NCBI GenBank assembly: GCA_965223905.1 | Contig: CBDCXV010000011.1 | Location: 2,131,908 to 2,195,907 of the forward strand | Length of the DNA: 64,000 nucleotides | Origin: Candidatus Latescibacterota bacterium | GTDB lineage: Bacteria > Latescibacterota > UBA2968 > UBA8231 | Direction of reading: 5' to 3' | Shown here: in pieces, positions 20,771 through 30,561 of the stretch | How positions within the stretch are numbered: position 1 is the stretch's first letter | Layout of the letters: every line of letters starts with the position of its first letter | Notes under the pieces: generated by a model | The model's input: only the letters and a program-made list of their open reading frames with translations | The model's database searches: none | What the model was told of the DNA's origin: nothing | Translations under genes and position numbers: made by a program

Positions 20771-20962
20771 TCACTCGCCCGTGCGCTGGCGGTAGCGGCG
20801 GGCCTGGTTCGGGTCGACCTTGCGCATGCGGCGCAGCAGGTCGTCGGTGTCCGGCCGTTCCACCTTGGGGCGGCGGGGTCCTGGATCGTCGCCGTCACCG
20901 CCGCCGCCGTCCATGGGCCTGGTCGGCCGCGGCGCCCGGTCGCGCATTTCAACTGACCGCAT
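20771..20962 (-). CDS. ubact: UBact, prokaryotic ubiquitin-like modifier (Pup analogue)
   Basis: 63 aa, likely disordered; PDTDDLLRRMRKVDPNQARRYRQRTGE matches the UBact R[ST]G[EQ] C-terminus; between dop and prcB; GAGGAG RBS. Confidence 0.9.
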   Translation of the reverse strand: MRSVEMRDRAPRPTRPMDGGGGDGDDPGPRRPKVERPDTDDLLRRMRKVDPNQARRYRQRTGE

Positions 20963-22493
20963 GGTGCATCTCCTCGAGCTGGGTTATCAACTCCGACACG
21001 CTGTCGGCCTCTTCCAAGACCGCAGTAAAGGTAGCCGCCGTCTCCCTCTCGACACAACCCTTCAGGTCGACCGTCTCGACCCTGCCGCCGACGGCGAACT
21101 CGATGCTGTCCCAGTTCAGGGAGCGCACCTCGGCGCCGAATTTCTGCAGGCAGCGGCCGCGAAAAGCGGCGCGCGTCGCCTCGGGGGCGTCGACCATGGC
21201 GCGCGCCACCTCGCCCTCGCTCACCAGCTGCCCGCCGTCGCCCTCCTCGGCGAGCAGCGGGAACAGTCCTTCCTCCGGATCGATGTTGTGGTACTCGAGG
21301 TCCTGGCTCTGCAGCCAGGCGCGGTCGTCCGGGTCGCCCCAGTCGAGATCTTCTGCCTCGGCGAAGGCGTCGAGCATCCATTTCTTCGTCACCCAGTCGC
21401 ACCGGCCCCTGAGCCGCATCGGGTCCTCGGCGAGCGCCTCCAGAGTCTCCTCCCAGGCGCCGAGCACCCAGTCGGTTTCGCCGTCTCTCCCCGCCGCCGC
21501 GGCCGCGGCGGCGTCGAGACAGGCGCGCTGGATCTCGAGCGCGGTGGTGGGCCGGCCGCCTTCGAGCTCGACCTCCCAGGCGCGCCGCTGATCCCGGGAG
21601 ACCGCCTTTACCGCGCCGACCGGGTCGGCGAGGACGAGCGGCGGCAGCTGCCCGCGCTCGAGCAGTTCGAGAACGAGCAGCGCCGTGCCGGTCTTCAGGG
21701 CGGTGGCGAACTCCGACATGTTGGCGTCGCCGTTGATCAGGTGCAGGCGCCGGTAAAGGGCGGCGTCGGCGTGCGGCTCGTCGCGGGTGTTGACCAGGGG
21801 CCGCCGCGTCATCGTGTCGACGCTGGCGATGCACTCGAAGAAATCGGAGCGCTGCGCCAGCTGAAACACCGCCTGGCCGGCGCCGCGGTCCGCTTCGACT
21901 CCGACCTTGCCGGCGCCGGCGAAGATCTGGCGCGTCACCAGGAACGGCAGCAGCCCGTCGATCACCTGCTGGAAGGGGATCTCGCGGCGCACGAGGTAGT
22001 TCTCGTGGCAGCCGTAGCTGTGGCCCTCGAAGTCGGTGTTGTTCTTGTAGAGGCGGACGGTGCCGCCGTCGCCGCGGGTCCCGGTGCGCCGGCGCGCGCA
22101 CTGCAGCAGGATGCGCTCCCCGGCGCGGTCGAAGGCGACCAGGTCGCGCAGCGAGAAGACCTCGGGGGTCGAGTACTCCGGGTGGGTGTGATCGTTGTAG
22201 AGGCGCGCGCCGTTGGTGAGGATCAAGTCGCTCTTCAGCTCCTTCAGCGGGATGCGGCGGTCGCGGTCGCGCTGCAGGTGGTCGGCCTCGTCCTGGTCGT
22301 TGAGCAGCTCCTCGACCTCGAAACCGCGCGCATCGAGGCGCGGGTTCTCCAGCGCGTAATCCCAGCGGGCGACGAAGTCCTCGCGCAGGTAGCAGCGGAT
22401 CAGCTCCATCGACTCGACGACGACGTCGAGCTTCCCCACGCCGTCGACCTGGATCCCGTACTCGGTTTCGAGACCGAACAGCCTGTCGCCCAA
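20949..22493 (-). CDS. dop: Dop-like deamidase/depupylase
   Basis: FGLETEYG, Dop loop RWDYALENPRLDARGF, NGARLYNDHTHPEYSTPE. Confidence 0.9.
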   Translation of the reverse strand: MGDRLFGLETEYGIQVDGVGKLDVVVESMELIRCYLREDFVARWDYALENPRLDARGFEVEELLNDQDEADHLQRDRDRRIPLKELKSDLILTNGARLYNDHTHPEYSTPEVFSLRDLVAFDRAGERILLQCARRRTGTRGDGGTVRLYKNNTDFEGHSYGCHENYLVRREIPFQQVIDGLLPFLVTRQIFAGAGKVGVEADRGAGQAVFQLAQRSDFFECIASVDTMTRRPLVNTRDEPHADAALYRRLHLINGDANMSEFATALKTGTALLVLELLERGQLPPLVLADPVGAVKAVSRDQRRAWEVELEGGRPTTALEIQRACLDAAAAAAAGRDGETDWVLGAWEETLEALAEDPMRLRGRCDWVTKKWMLDAFAEAEDLDWGDPDDRAWLQSQDLEYHNIDPEEGLFPLLAEEGDGGQLVSEGEVARAMVDAPEATRAAFRGRCLQKFGAEVRSLNWDSIEFAVGGRVETVDLKGCVERETAATFTAVLEEADSVSELITQLEEMHHAVS

Positions 22494-22494
22494 A

Positions 22495-24279
22495 TCAGAT
22501 GACCTTGCCCGCGACTTCCGCTTCCCGGTCGCGGGCCTCGGCAGAGCTCACGGGTGCTACGCGGACGACGTTCTCGGGATCGTAGTCGAGCAGCTTGAGC
22601 CAGTCCTCGACGCTGTCGGTGGGGGGGAAGACCTCGTTCTCGCGGTACTCGGAGAGGATGGCGTTGGCGAGGTCCTCGGAGCGGATGCCGGCGTCGGCGT
22701 CACTCTCGGCGATGGCGCGCTTGATCGCCGCTTCCTTGGCGCGCTGGACGATGCTGTCGATCAGCGCCCCGCTGGCGAGATCCCCGTAATGCAGGTTTTC
22801 CAGGCGGCCGCTGCGCAGGCCGACCTCGAGGAACCGGGTCTCCTCGCCGCGTGCGAACAGCCCCTTCACCGCCTCTTCGATCAGGGCCCGGCGGGCTTCC
22901 CCCGCACCGCCGTAGCGCTCGACCTCGCGCGGGTCGATCGGCAGGTCCTCGGTGAGGTAGATCCCGAAAATTTCGCGCGAGGCGTCGAAATCCGGGCGCA
23001 GGACCTTGATCTTGCGGTCGATGCGGCCCGGTCTGAGGATGGCCGGGTCGATGAGGTCGTGCCGGTTGGATGCGAGAATGATGACGACGTCCTGCAGCGA
23101 CTCGATGCCGTCCATCTCGGTGCAGAACATCGGCACCACCGTGTTGGCGATGTGGTGGCTGCGCATCGACCGCCGCGTCCCGAGAATCGACTCCGCCTCG
23201 TCGATGAAGACGAAGGGCAGGAACCCCTCCTTCCGCTTCTGCCGCGCCTGCGCGAAGATCTCCCGAACCATGCGCTCGGTCTCGCCGAGCCACATGTTGA
23301 GGATCTCCGGGCCCTTGACGTGCATGAAGTACTCCCTGACGTCAAGGCCCTCTGCGCTGCGCAGGTGCTGCACGAGGTTGTAGGCCGTCGCCTTGCCGAT
23401 GAGGGTCTTGCCGCAGCCCGGCGGGCCGTAGAGGAGGAACCCCTTCGGGGTCGAGTAGCGGAACTTTTCGAAAAGCTCCGGGTGCTTGGCGGGCAGCTCG
23501 ATGGTGTCGCGGATCCCCCGAATCGCCTCCTCCTGGCCGCCGATCCGGTCCCACGTCATTTCCGGAATCTCCTCGAGGAAGTACTCCCTGCTCTCGCGCG
23601 ATTGCAGCAGCTCGAGGGCGACCCTCATCGAGGCATCGGTGCGGACCTCGTCCCCCGCCTTGAGCTCGAGGCCGGCGAGCTCCTCGGCGCGTTCGAGAAC
23701 GAAGTCGCTGGTGGCGTGCTCGTTGCCGATGCGCAGGCGGCCGTCGGGGAGGACGTCGGTGATTCTCACCACAGGCCCGGCCGGGTTGCGGGGCAGCACG
23801 CCGACGACGGCGTACGCCTCGTTGATCAGAACGCGCCCGCCGACCTGCAACTCTCCGGGGTCGACGCGCGGGTCGACGTTGGCGAAGTACTCGGAGCCGC
23901 CGACGAGGATGGTCGCGATCCCCTCCCTGGGAGCGTCGATGCAGATGCCGACCCGGTTGGAGGGGGAGGTCACCTTCTCCAGGGCGGCCTCGAGCTCGAC
24001 CAGGGCGCGCCGCGCCTCCTGGAAGGTGATCTCGCGTTCCATCAGCTGCCGCCGCAGCTGGTAGAGCAGCGGCCGCGACGGGTCGCGGTCCGGCAGCAGG
24101 ATCAGCACCTGGTCGACGAGGCGGAGCGGCTCTTCGTCGAAGTCGCGCCGCGCCTCTTCCTCTGGATCGCCGCGCAGGTAGGGGGACTCGAACTCCTCGA
24201 ACTCGTCGCCTTTGCGTCCCCCGCCGGCCGGGTCGCCGTCGGGGTCGCCGAAATCGGCGTAGTCGCGATCGCTGTTCAT
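22495..24279 (-). CDS. arc: Proteasomal AAA+ ATPase (ARC/Mpa)
   Basis: Coiled coil and OB domains, GPPGCGKT, KGPEILNMWLGE, FIDEAES, DPAILRPGRIDRKI. Confidence 0.92.
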   Translation of the reverse strand: MNSDRDYADFGDPDGDPAGGGRKGDEFEEFESPYLRGDPEEEARRDFDEEPLRLVDQVLILLPDRDPSRPLLYQLRRQLMEREITFQEARRALVELEAALEKVTSPSNRVGICIDAPREGIATILVGGSEYFANVDPRVDPGELQVGGRVLINEAYAVVGVLPRNPAGPVVRITDVLPDGRLRIGNEHATSDFVLERAEELAGLELKAGDEVRTDASMRVALELLQSRESREYFLEEIPEMTWDRIGGQEEAIRGIRDTIELPAKHPELFEKFRYSTPKGFLLYGPPGCGKTLIGKATAYNLVQHLRSAEGLDVREYFMHVKGPEILNMWLGETERMVREIFAQARQKRKEGFLPFVFIDEAESILGTRRSMRSHHIANTVVPMFCTEMDGIESLQDVVIILASNRHDLIDPAILRPGRIDRKIKVLRPDFDASREIFGIYLTEDLPIDPREVERYGGAGEARRALIEEAVKGLFARGEETRFLEVGLRSGRLENLHYGDLASGALIDSIVQRAKEAAIKRAIAESDADAGIRSEDLANAILSEYRENEVFPPTDSVEDWLKLLDYDPENVVRVAPVSSAEARDREAEVAGKVI

Positions 24280-24340
24280 GTGTCCGTCCTCGCCCGTGGG
24301 CAGGGTAGCACCGGGGGCGCCGGGTCTGCCCTTCGCGGCA

Positions 24341-25084
24341 TCAGTGGATGACGTCCCCGAGCCGGCCGTAGCGGGTGCGCGTCGGAAGCGTCGGGAGGTT
24401 CCAGATGAAGCTGCCGGTGTCCATCACCAGTTGCGGCAGCCCCCGCAGGATGTCGGGACCGCTCTTGAGCTTCGCCGACCAGTAGATGATCATCGCCTTT
24501 CCTTTGATGAGGCCGCGCGGCACCGGACCGAAGACGCGGCTGTCGCTGCTGTTGTCGCGGTTGTCGCCCATCATGAAGAACTGGTCCTCCGGCACCCTGT
24601 AGGGGCCGAAGTTGTCCCGCATGGTATAGGAAGCCGGGTGGACGCCGGGGTCGGTGTGTTTCGACAGCGGCGGATTCGGGAAGATCTCGCCGTCGACGTA
24701 GAGGACCTTGTCGACAACCTGAACCTGCTGGCCGCCGACGGCGACGCAGCGCTTGATCAGGTCGCGCCCGGGCTCGGTCTTGGAGCGGAAGATCACGATG
24801 TCCCCCGGCTGCGGGTCGCGCAGGGCGGGAAGCCTGAACAGGGGCGCGGCCACGAAGGGTATCTCGAGCGGGGCGCCGTACACGAACTTGTTCGCCAGCA
24901 GGTAATCCCCGACGAAGAGGGTGTCCTCCATCGATCCGGAGGGAATGTAGAAGGCCTGGACCACGGTGCTGCGGATGAGCAGGGCGAGGCCTATGGCGAC
25001 GACGATGGACGACAGGTACTCCCGCACACCCGACCCCTGCGGCCGGTCCGACGGGTCTGACTTCTTCTGATTGTCAGGAGGCAT
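24341..25084 (-). CDS. lepB: Signal peptidase I
   Basis: IPSGSMEDTL, IKRC, MMGDNRDNSSDSR. Confidence 0.95.
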   Translation of the reverse strand: MPPDNQKKSDPSDRPQGSGVREYLSSIVVAIGLALLIRSTVVQAFYIPSGSMEDTLFVGDYLLANKFVYGAPLEIPFVAAPLFRLPALRDPQPGDIVIFRSKTEPGRDLIKRCVAVGGQQVQVVDKVLYVDGEIFPNPPLSKHTDPGVHPASYTMRDNFGPYRVPEDQFFMMGDNRDNSSDSRVFGPVPRGLIKGKAMIIYWSAKLKSGPDILRGLPQLVMDTGSFIWNLPTLPTRTRYGRLGDVIH

Positions 25085-25281
25085 TTGTCCGGACCTCGAA
25101 TCCCGTGCAAGTCAGTGAGATGTGGTACAGTATACAGAAGGGCAAATAGCCTGTCACCATTCCCACCCGCGGTCGAATTCGGCTGCGGCCGGCCCGTTGT
25201 GCGCGCTCACGCGGGGCGCTGCGGACCGTATCGGGAACAGGAGAATGGCCCGGGCGGATCGGGCCGCCCGGCAACGACCCT

Positions 25282-26283
25282 CTATCCTCGACCAGCGACC
25301 TCGGCCACCGCTCCCTCCTGCCAGGAGCGGATGGCGGCCTCGATGATTTCCTGGGCGGCGAGGCCGTCGTCTCCCGAGGCCTCGATGCGGTCGGGACCGA
25401 CCCCCTCGCTCAGCTGCTCGATCCAGCGGTTTATGCGGGTGTGGAAGGTGTCGCCGAATCCCGTCATCCCCCCCATGATGCTGTTGCGCACCACCGTCAG
25501 CTCCTCTCCCCGGCGCGGGTATAAGGTCAGCTCCTCGAAGCAGTTGTCGAGCACGAACCGCCCCTCCGTCCCCATCACCTCGCAGCGTTCGAGGTTGTGC
25601 CGCGGCGCCGCGTCGTAGCTGCCCGTGAGGTGGCCGACGACGCCGTTGGCGAACTCCATGTTGATCTGGGCGTTCGACCAGCAGGCGCGGCCGGGGGCGC
25701 GGTTGAGGAAGGCGTGCACCCGCTTCACCTCGCCGCCGAAGTAGCGCATGATGTCGATCGAGTGCGGGTGCAGGGCCCGCAGGTGGAACCACTCGGAGGT
25801 TTCGTTGGGGTTGTCGATCCACATCGTCATGTTCAGCAGCAGCAGGTCGCCGAGCCGGCCCTCGTCGATCCAGGCGCGGGCGCGCTCGGCCGGCGGCACG
25901 AAGCGGTGGTTGAGGTTGATGCCGAAACAGACCCCCTGCTCCCTGGCCTTTGCGACCATCTCCCTGGCGTGCACGATATTGTTGGAGATCGGCTTCTCGC
26001 ACAGCACGTGCCTGCCCGCGGCGAGCGCGGCCATCACCGGTTCGTAGTGGTCGCCGCCGTTCTCGAATCCGCCCGTGGCGACGCTGACGGCGTCGAGATC
26101 TTCGGACTCGAGCAGCTCCTCCACCGAGTAGTGCGGCCGGGCGCCGAAGCGCGCTGCGGCCCCGTCGGCGCGCTCCTTCACCATGTCGCAGACGGCGACG
26201 AGATCGGCCCTGTCCGACTTGGCGTAGACCTCGGCGTGGTTGGTACCTATCCCCCTCATCCCGATCACGGCGACCTTCAGCAT
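25282..26283 (-). CDS. Gfo/Idh/MocA family oxidoreductase
   Basis: KVAVIGMRGIG, HVLCEKP. Confidence 0.88.
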   Translation of the reverse strand: MLKVAVIGMRGIGTNHAEVYAKSDRADLVAVCDMVKERADGAAARFGARPHYSVEELLESEDLDAVSVATGGFENGGDHYEPVMAALAAGRHVLCEKPISNNIVHAREMVAKAREQGVCFGINLNHRFVPPAERARAWIDEGRLGDLLLLNMTMWIDNPNETSEWFHLRALHPHSIDIMRYFGGEVKRVHAFLNRAPGRACWSNAQINMEFANGVVGHLTGSYDAAPRHNLERCEVMGTEGRFVLDNCFEELTLYPRRGEELTVVRNSIMGGMTGFGDTFHTRINRWIEQLSEGVGPDRIEASGDDGLAAQEIIEAAIRSWQEGAVAEVAGRG

Positions 26284-27380
26284 GATTCATCTCCGGACTC
26301 TGGTGTAGTGGGTGCATCCCCCACCGGCTGCGGCAGCGCCACCCCGAGCTCGCCGGCGACCGCGATTATCTGCTCCCAGGCCGACTCGTCCACCGGCATG
26401 CCGGCGCGCAGGCGCTGCTCGCGCACCCGGTGCGACTTCTCCCCCGGCAGCATCACCTCGTCGAATCCCTCGGCGGAGGGCGCCGATTTCACCCGCTCCG
26501 CGAACTCCGCGACCTCTTCGAGGAACTCGCCGACGGGAACGAATGCGGCGACGTTCACCGCCAAGATCAGCAGGGCGTTTCCCGCCTCCGGCGGGTCGAG
26601 GCGGGAGCAGCCGGCCCCCGACAGCGCCCCGGCCAGGATATCGACGGCGACGGCGAGACCGAAGCCCTTGTGGCCGGTGCCGGGAAACCCCAGCGGCAGC
26701 AGGGCCCCGTCCGGAGGGCCGTAGAACTTCTCCACATCGGTTGTCGGAGCGCCCTCGGCGTCGATGATGAACCCCTCGGGTACCGGCTCCCCGCGATTCC
26801 GGTAGAGGCGCATGGCCCCACCCGAGGTCATGCTGGTGGTCATGTCGAGGAGGATGGGCAACTCGCGGCCGCTGGGAACGGCCACGGCCAGGGGATTCGT
26901 CGGCAGGCGTCTCTCGGCGCCCCCGAACGGCGCCGTCGAGTGGTCGCTGCCGTGCCCGTTGCAGAACATCATCCCTACCAGGTCGCCGGAGGCGGCGATC
27001 TGGGCGGCAAAGCGGCCGAGGCGGGCGACGTGGTTGCAGCGCCTGACGGTCACCGCGGCGACCGCCCCGTCCCGCGCTTTCGCAGCCGCCAGCTGCGCCG
27101 CCCGGTGGGCGGTGACCGGACCGAAGTTCCAGTTGCCGCTGACGTGGGCGATGCGGGAGGCCTCCGACAGGATCTCGAAGGGGGCCCCGGGGATCACCTT
27201 GCCGCTGCGCACGCTGTCGACGTATTGCGGATAGCGGAGGACGCCGTGGCTGTCGTGGCCGAGCAGCCCGGACTCGACCATGTGATCGGCCACGAGCTCC
27301 GCCTCCTCGCGAGGCGCGCCCACGGCGGCGAACAGGTCGCTTCCGAGCCGGCGCAGATCGCCGGCGGCGAATACGGGCAT
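26277..27380 (-). CDS. Ldh_2 family (malate/L-lactate/sulfolactate) dehydrogenase
   Basis: GHDSHG, TNPLAVAVP, LDMTTS, HKGFGL, LPGE. Confidence 0.9.
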   Translation of the reverse strand: MPVFAAGDLRRLGSDLFAAVGAPREEAELVADHMVESGLLGHDSHGVLRYPQYVDSVRSGKVIPGAPFEILSEASRIAHVSGNWNFGPVTAHRAAQLAAAKARDGAVAAVTVRRCNHVARLGRFAAQIAASGDLVGMMFCNGHGSDHSTAPFGGAERRLPTNPLAVAVPSGRELPILLDMTTSMTSGGAMRLYRNRGEPVPEGFIIDAEGAPTTDVEKFYGPPDGALLPLGFPGTGHKGFGLAVAVDILAGALSGAGCSRLDPPEAGNALLILAVNVAAFVPVGEFLEEVAEFAERVKSAPSAEGFDEVMLPGEKSHRVREQRLRAGMPVDESAWEQIIAVAGELGVALPQPVGDAPTTPESGDESC

Positions 27381-27382
27381 CG

Positions 27383-28648
27383 CTACAGCGACGACAAGGC
27401 GGAGACGGACTTCATGCCGCCGCCGGCAGCCTCTTCATCCGGCCCCTGCGCCACCACCAGGAGGGCGTTGGCCACCTCGCGCTCGCCGGTCTGATCGGAG
27501 GGCATGTTGACGACCTGGTTGCCGACCACCATCGTCGTCGAGCCGCCGCCGTCGAGGTTGAGGGCGTGGTAGGCGTTTGCGCCCGAGGCGGAAAAACTCT
27601 CGATGTCGTCGGCCATGAAATCGGCGAGCTCAGCCAGGGACATGCCGACGCTGTACCCGGGCTGGCGGCCGTCGATGGTTACCAGAAAGAGGGTGCGGCC
27701 GTCCTGCGAATGGCCGACCGCGGTGCGGGGATGGCGCTCCTCGGTGAAGCCGCGTCCCAGCTTCTCCCGCTCGTATTCGATCGACGGATAGCCGTCGCGG
27801 ACGATGCGGGGACCGCCGCCGATGGCCTCCTCGAGGCGGCTGACCGCCGGGGGCAGCAGGCAGAACAACCCGACGGTGTCTCCCGCGACGATCTCCCCTT
27901 CCGGCAAGTCCATCGAACCGGCGACCAGCCACTGGCCGTCGGCGATCTTCAGGGGCCAACCCCGGCGTCTCACCTGCAGCACCCGAGCCCTGACGGTGTC
28001 GTTGATGACCGAGCGCTCCCCTAGGCTCTGCAGCTCGAACCCGATGTCGGCGCGCACCGAGTCGATCCGGGCCGCGGCGAAGCGGTTCAAGCAGGAGAGA
28101 CCCCCGTTGCCGGGGGAGCGGTTGAAGAGCGATATCGGCAGCTGCTTTCCCGAGGGGGTGATCAGGCCGGTGCGGATATTGAACACCGCCACCATCGGCG
28201 CCCCTTCCGCGGAAATGGCGAACGCCGATTGCCCCCGTGGCACCGCCACCAGCCGGCCGCGACTGATCTGCAGGCCGCTCGGGCTGTCGTCGTAGAAGAA
28301 GCCCCCGTTGATCGCGGCGATGGCGCCGCCGGCCATGCTGCTCGTTCGCGCCAGCCCCGCCTCGTCCGCAACCGGCCGCGCCGTGCGCAGGCGGATGCCC
28401 GCCTTCCACGCCTTTCGCAGATCGAGCTCGATGACATGGATCGACCACGGACCTTCTGTAAGGTGTAGAGTGTGATGGTAGACGCCGGTCGCCAGCTCCC
28501 TGGTCTTTTCGGTGAGGGGCTGAGGCTGGCAGGCGGGAAAAACCAGCAGTCCGGACAACAGCGCCGCGCGCGCCGCCAGGGACGGCCCGGCAGGGCCTGT
28601 GGGGGGCGGCTCCGGTTCCGAATGCTCGGGGGAGGAAAGTGTGGACAC
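27383..28648 (-). CDS. Phosphodiester glycosidase (NAGPA-like) lipoprotein
   Basis: AAINGGFF, HPRTAVG, IDGRQPGYSVGM, NLDGGGST; lipobox-like VFPAC. Start uncertain. Confidence 0.82.
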   Translation of the reverse strand: MSTLSSPEHSEPEPPPTGPAGPSLAARAALLSGLLVFPACQPQPLTEKTRELATGVYHHTLHLTEGPWSIHVIELDLRKAWKAGIRLRTARPVADEAGLARTSSMAGGAIAAINGGFFYDDSPSGLQISRGRLVAVPRGQSAFAISAEGAPMVAVFNIRTGLITPSGKQLPISLFNRSPGNGGLSCLNRFAAARIDSVRADIGFELQSLGERSVINDTVRARVLQVRRRGWPLKIADGQWLVAGSMDLPEGEIVAGDTVGLFCLLPPAVSRLEEAIGGGPRIVRDGYPSIEYEREKLGRGFTEERHPRTAVGHSQDGRTLFLVTIDGRQPGYSVGMSLAELADFMADDIESFSASGANAYHALNLDGGGSTTMVVGNQVVNMPSDQTGEREVANALLVVAQGPDEEAAGGGMKSVSALSSL

Positions 28649-28737
28649 GGTGGCAACTCGAACAGCAGAGTGGGCGATCAAGATAGAGGGACCCCCGGCA
28701 GCGGTCAAGCTACGGACAGCACTTGAGTTAGGGTTCT

Positions 28738-29330
28738 TCAGCGCAGCAGGATCAGCCGCCGTACACGGGTTCCCTGCGCGGTCGCCAGGGCCGCGAAGCA
28801 GACCCCGGGGTGACCGTTTCACCGGCGTCGTTCTCTCCTCTCCAGACGGCGCGGTGGCGCCCGGGCGGCCGCGTGGCCGACACCAGGGAACGCACCTGCT
28901 GGCCGAGGAGATTGTAGATGACGAGCTCGACCCGCTCGGCGCCCGGCAGCTCGTACTCCAGCACGGTCTCCGCGTTGAAGGGATTGGGGCGGGGCGGGTG
29001 CAGACCGAGCTCGTACCCCGCGTAGAAGCCGGCCAGGGCCTTGGCCCACCTTGCAGGTGCGCGGCCAGCGACTCGGCGTCGGCGATGTCGACGGCGCCGT
29101 CTCGGTTTATGTCGAAGGGGGTCGGGGCTTGGTCCGGGGTGCCGCGCAGGTGATCGGCGAGCGCGAAGAAGTCGTCGACGGCGAGACCTGCGGGGACTCC
29201 GAGGGCGCTTTCGAGGGCCGGCAGACCGTCGCCCGCGAATCCGAAATCGCCGTTGCCGGCGACGGTGGTGATTGCTCCGTCGGCGCCGACCGCACGGACG
29301 AGGTTGAAGCGCTCGTCAGCGATGTAGCGG
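28738..29330 (-). pseudogene. Frameshifted remnant of a secreted NHL-repeat / dockerin-like / FlgD-Ig protein
   Basis: Manual translation: YIADERFNLVRAVGADGAITTVAGNGDFGFAGDG (NHL), FDINRDGAVDIAD (dockerin/EF-hand-like), frameshift, PRPNPFNAETVLEY...IYNLLGQQVRSL, frameshift, RRLILLR*. Confidence 0.7.
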
Positions 29331-30561
29331 CCCCCCCGGAAGGCCGCGCGGCGCTGACCACGGCGCCGAAGCCCATGCGCTGCCGGATCTCGGTGATCGC
29401 TCGCCCGAGCCGGCGCTGCCTGCGCTCGGCCTCCTCCTCGAACAGGTCGAGTTGTCCCGAATCCCTGCCCAGCCGGCTCGCCGAGACCCGGATCGACCGG
29501 ATCGCAGCGCGGCGCTGGTGCAGACCGGTGAAGAGCGCCACCGCGGCCGCGGCGACGGTGGCGAAGTCGTCGCTGGCCGCGGGCATGGAGTGCGTGCGCT
29601 GCGCGGTGCGATTGTCGGTGTAGCGCAGCTCCAACGTCATTCGCGAGGCGACGTACCCGGCCCGGCGCAGCTGGTCGACGAGCTTGTCCGCGGTCAGGCG
29701 CACTGCCTGGAGCAGCGTGAACTCGTCGTTGACGTCGCGCTCGAGGGTGGTCTCGGCGACGACGGCGCGGCTGCCGCGCCGCCCCGGCGCGCCGTCGATG
29801 CCGCGCACCAGTCCGTACAGCTGCTCCCCGGCGGCCCCTCCGAAGCGCCTGTGCAGCGCCGGGCGCTCGAGCGCGAGAACCTGCGCGGCATGGTGCAGGC
29901 CGTAGCGGCGGGCGGTCTCGCGCACTCCGGCGGGAAGCGGCAGCTCGTCCAGCTCCAGGTTCGCGAGCAGCTCCGCCTCCTGGTCCGGGGCGCAGACCTC
30001 GACGCCGTCCGGCCTGGCGCGCTCGGCCAGCAGCCCGGCCAGCAGGCGGCTGCGGCTGACCGCGGCGGCGATCTCCTGCAACCCGGTGCGCCGCCGCAGG
30101 TGGCGGGCGAGGCGCTCTCCCAGCCCGGCCCGGTCGAGATCGCCCCGGTCGAGGGCGCGCTGCGCCGGCGTTCCGGAGAGGGCGAGCGTGCCGCGGGCCA
30201 GCTCGTCCAACCGGTAGTCCGGGGTCCAGGCGGCCAGGGCGGCGAGAAGCCGCTCGAGCACGCGCTGCTCCGCTTCCTCGTCCCGCTCGACGACCAGCGC
30301 GCGCCGCCCCAGCCGACGGCGCAGGACGAACACCGGCTCCCCCGGCGCGACCCCGAGCTCGCGGGCCGCCGGAGAGCGGGCGAACACCGAGGCGCGGTGG
30401 CTCTCCTGGTTCTGGCGCACGACGACGAACGCCTTTCCGAGCAGCTCGCGGCGCACCGCGGCGACCGCCTGGGCGGCGAACTGGTCCGCGGCGACCGCCG
30501 CGAACAGCGGCTCGGGCCGGGGCCGGGCGGCCCTAGGCGGCCGCCGTTGCCACGTCCCCAT
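29107..30561 (-). CDS. ImuB-like Y-family polymerase homologue, probably catalytically inactive, with read-through tail
   Basis: SPAARELGVAPG, IMS_C little finger (ETTLERD...LELRYTD), clamp-like QLDLF, IRQRMG; DinB acidic motifs are degenerate; overlaps dnaE2. Confidence 0.8.
   Translation of the reverse strand: MGTWQRRPPRAARPRPEPLFAAVAADQFAAQAVAAVRRELLGKAFVVVRQNQESHRASVFARSPAARELGVAPGEPVFVLRRRLGRRALVVERDEEAEQRVLERLLAALAAWTPDYRLDELARGTLALSGTPAQRALDRGDLDRAGLGERLARHLRRRTGLQEIAAAVSRSRLLAGLLAERARPDGVEVCAPDQEAELLANLELDELPLPAGVRETARRYGLHHAAQVLALERPALHRRFGGAAGEQLYGLVRGIDGAPGRRGSRAVVAETTLERDVNDEFTLLQAVRLTADKLVDQLRRAGYVASRMTLELRYTDNRTAQRTHSMPAASDDFATVAAAAVALFTGLHQRRAAIRSIRVSASRLGRDSGQLDLFEEEAERRQRRLGRAITEIRQRMGFGAVVSAARPSGGAATSLTSASTSSVRSAPTEQSPPSPATAISDSRATVCRPSKAPSESPQVSPSTTSSRSPITCAAPRTKPRPPST

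Noticed and set aside
20771-20962. Actinobacterial Pup
   Set aside because: Lacks the GG[EQ] end and Pup core; matches UBact.
19912-22101. 729-aa ORF as a proteasome beta fusion
   Set aside because: The upstream part is off-frame over dop and ubact; only the last roughly 255 aa are PrcB.
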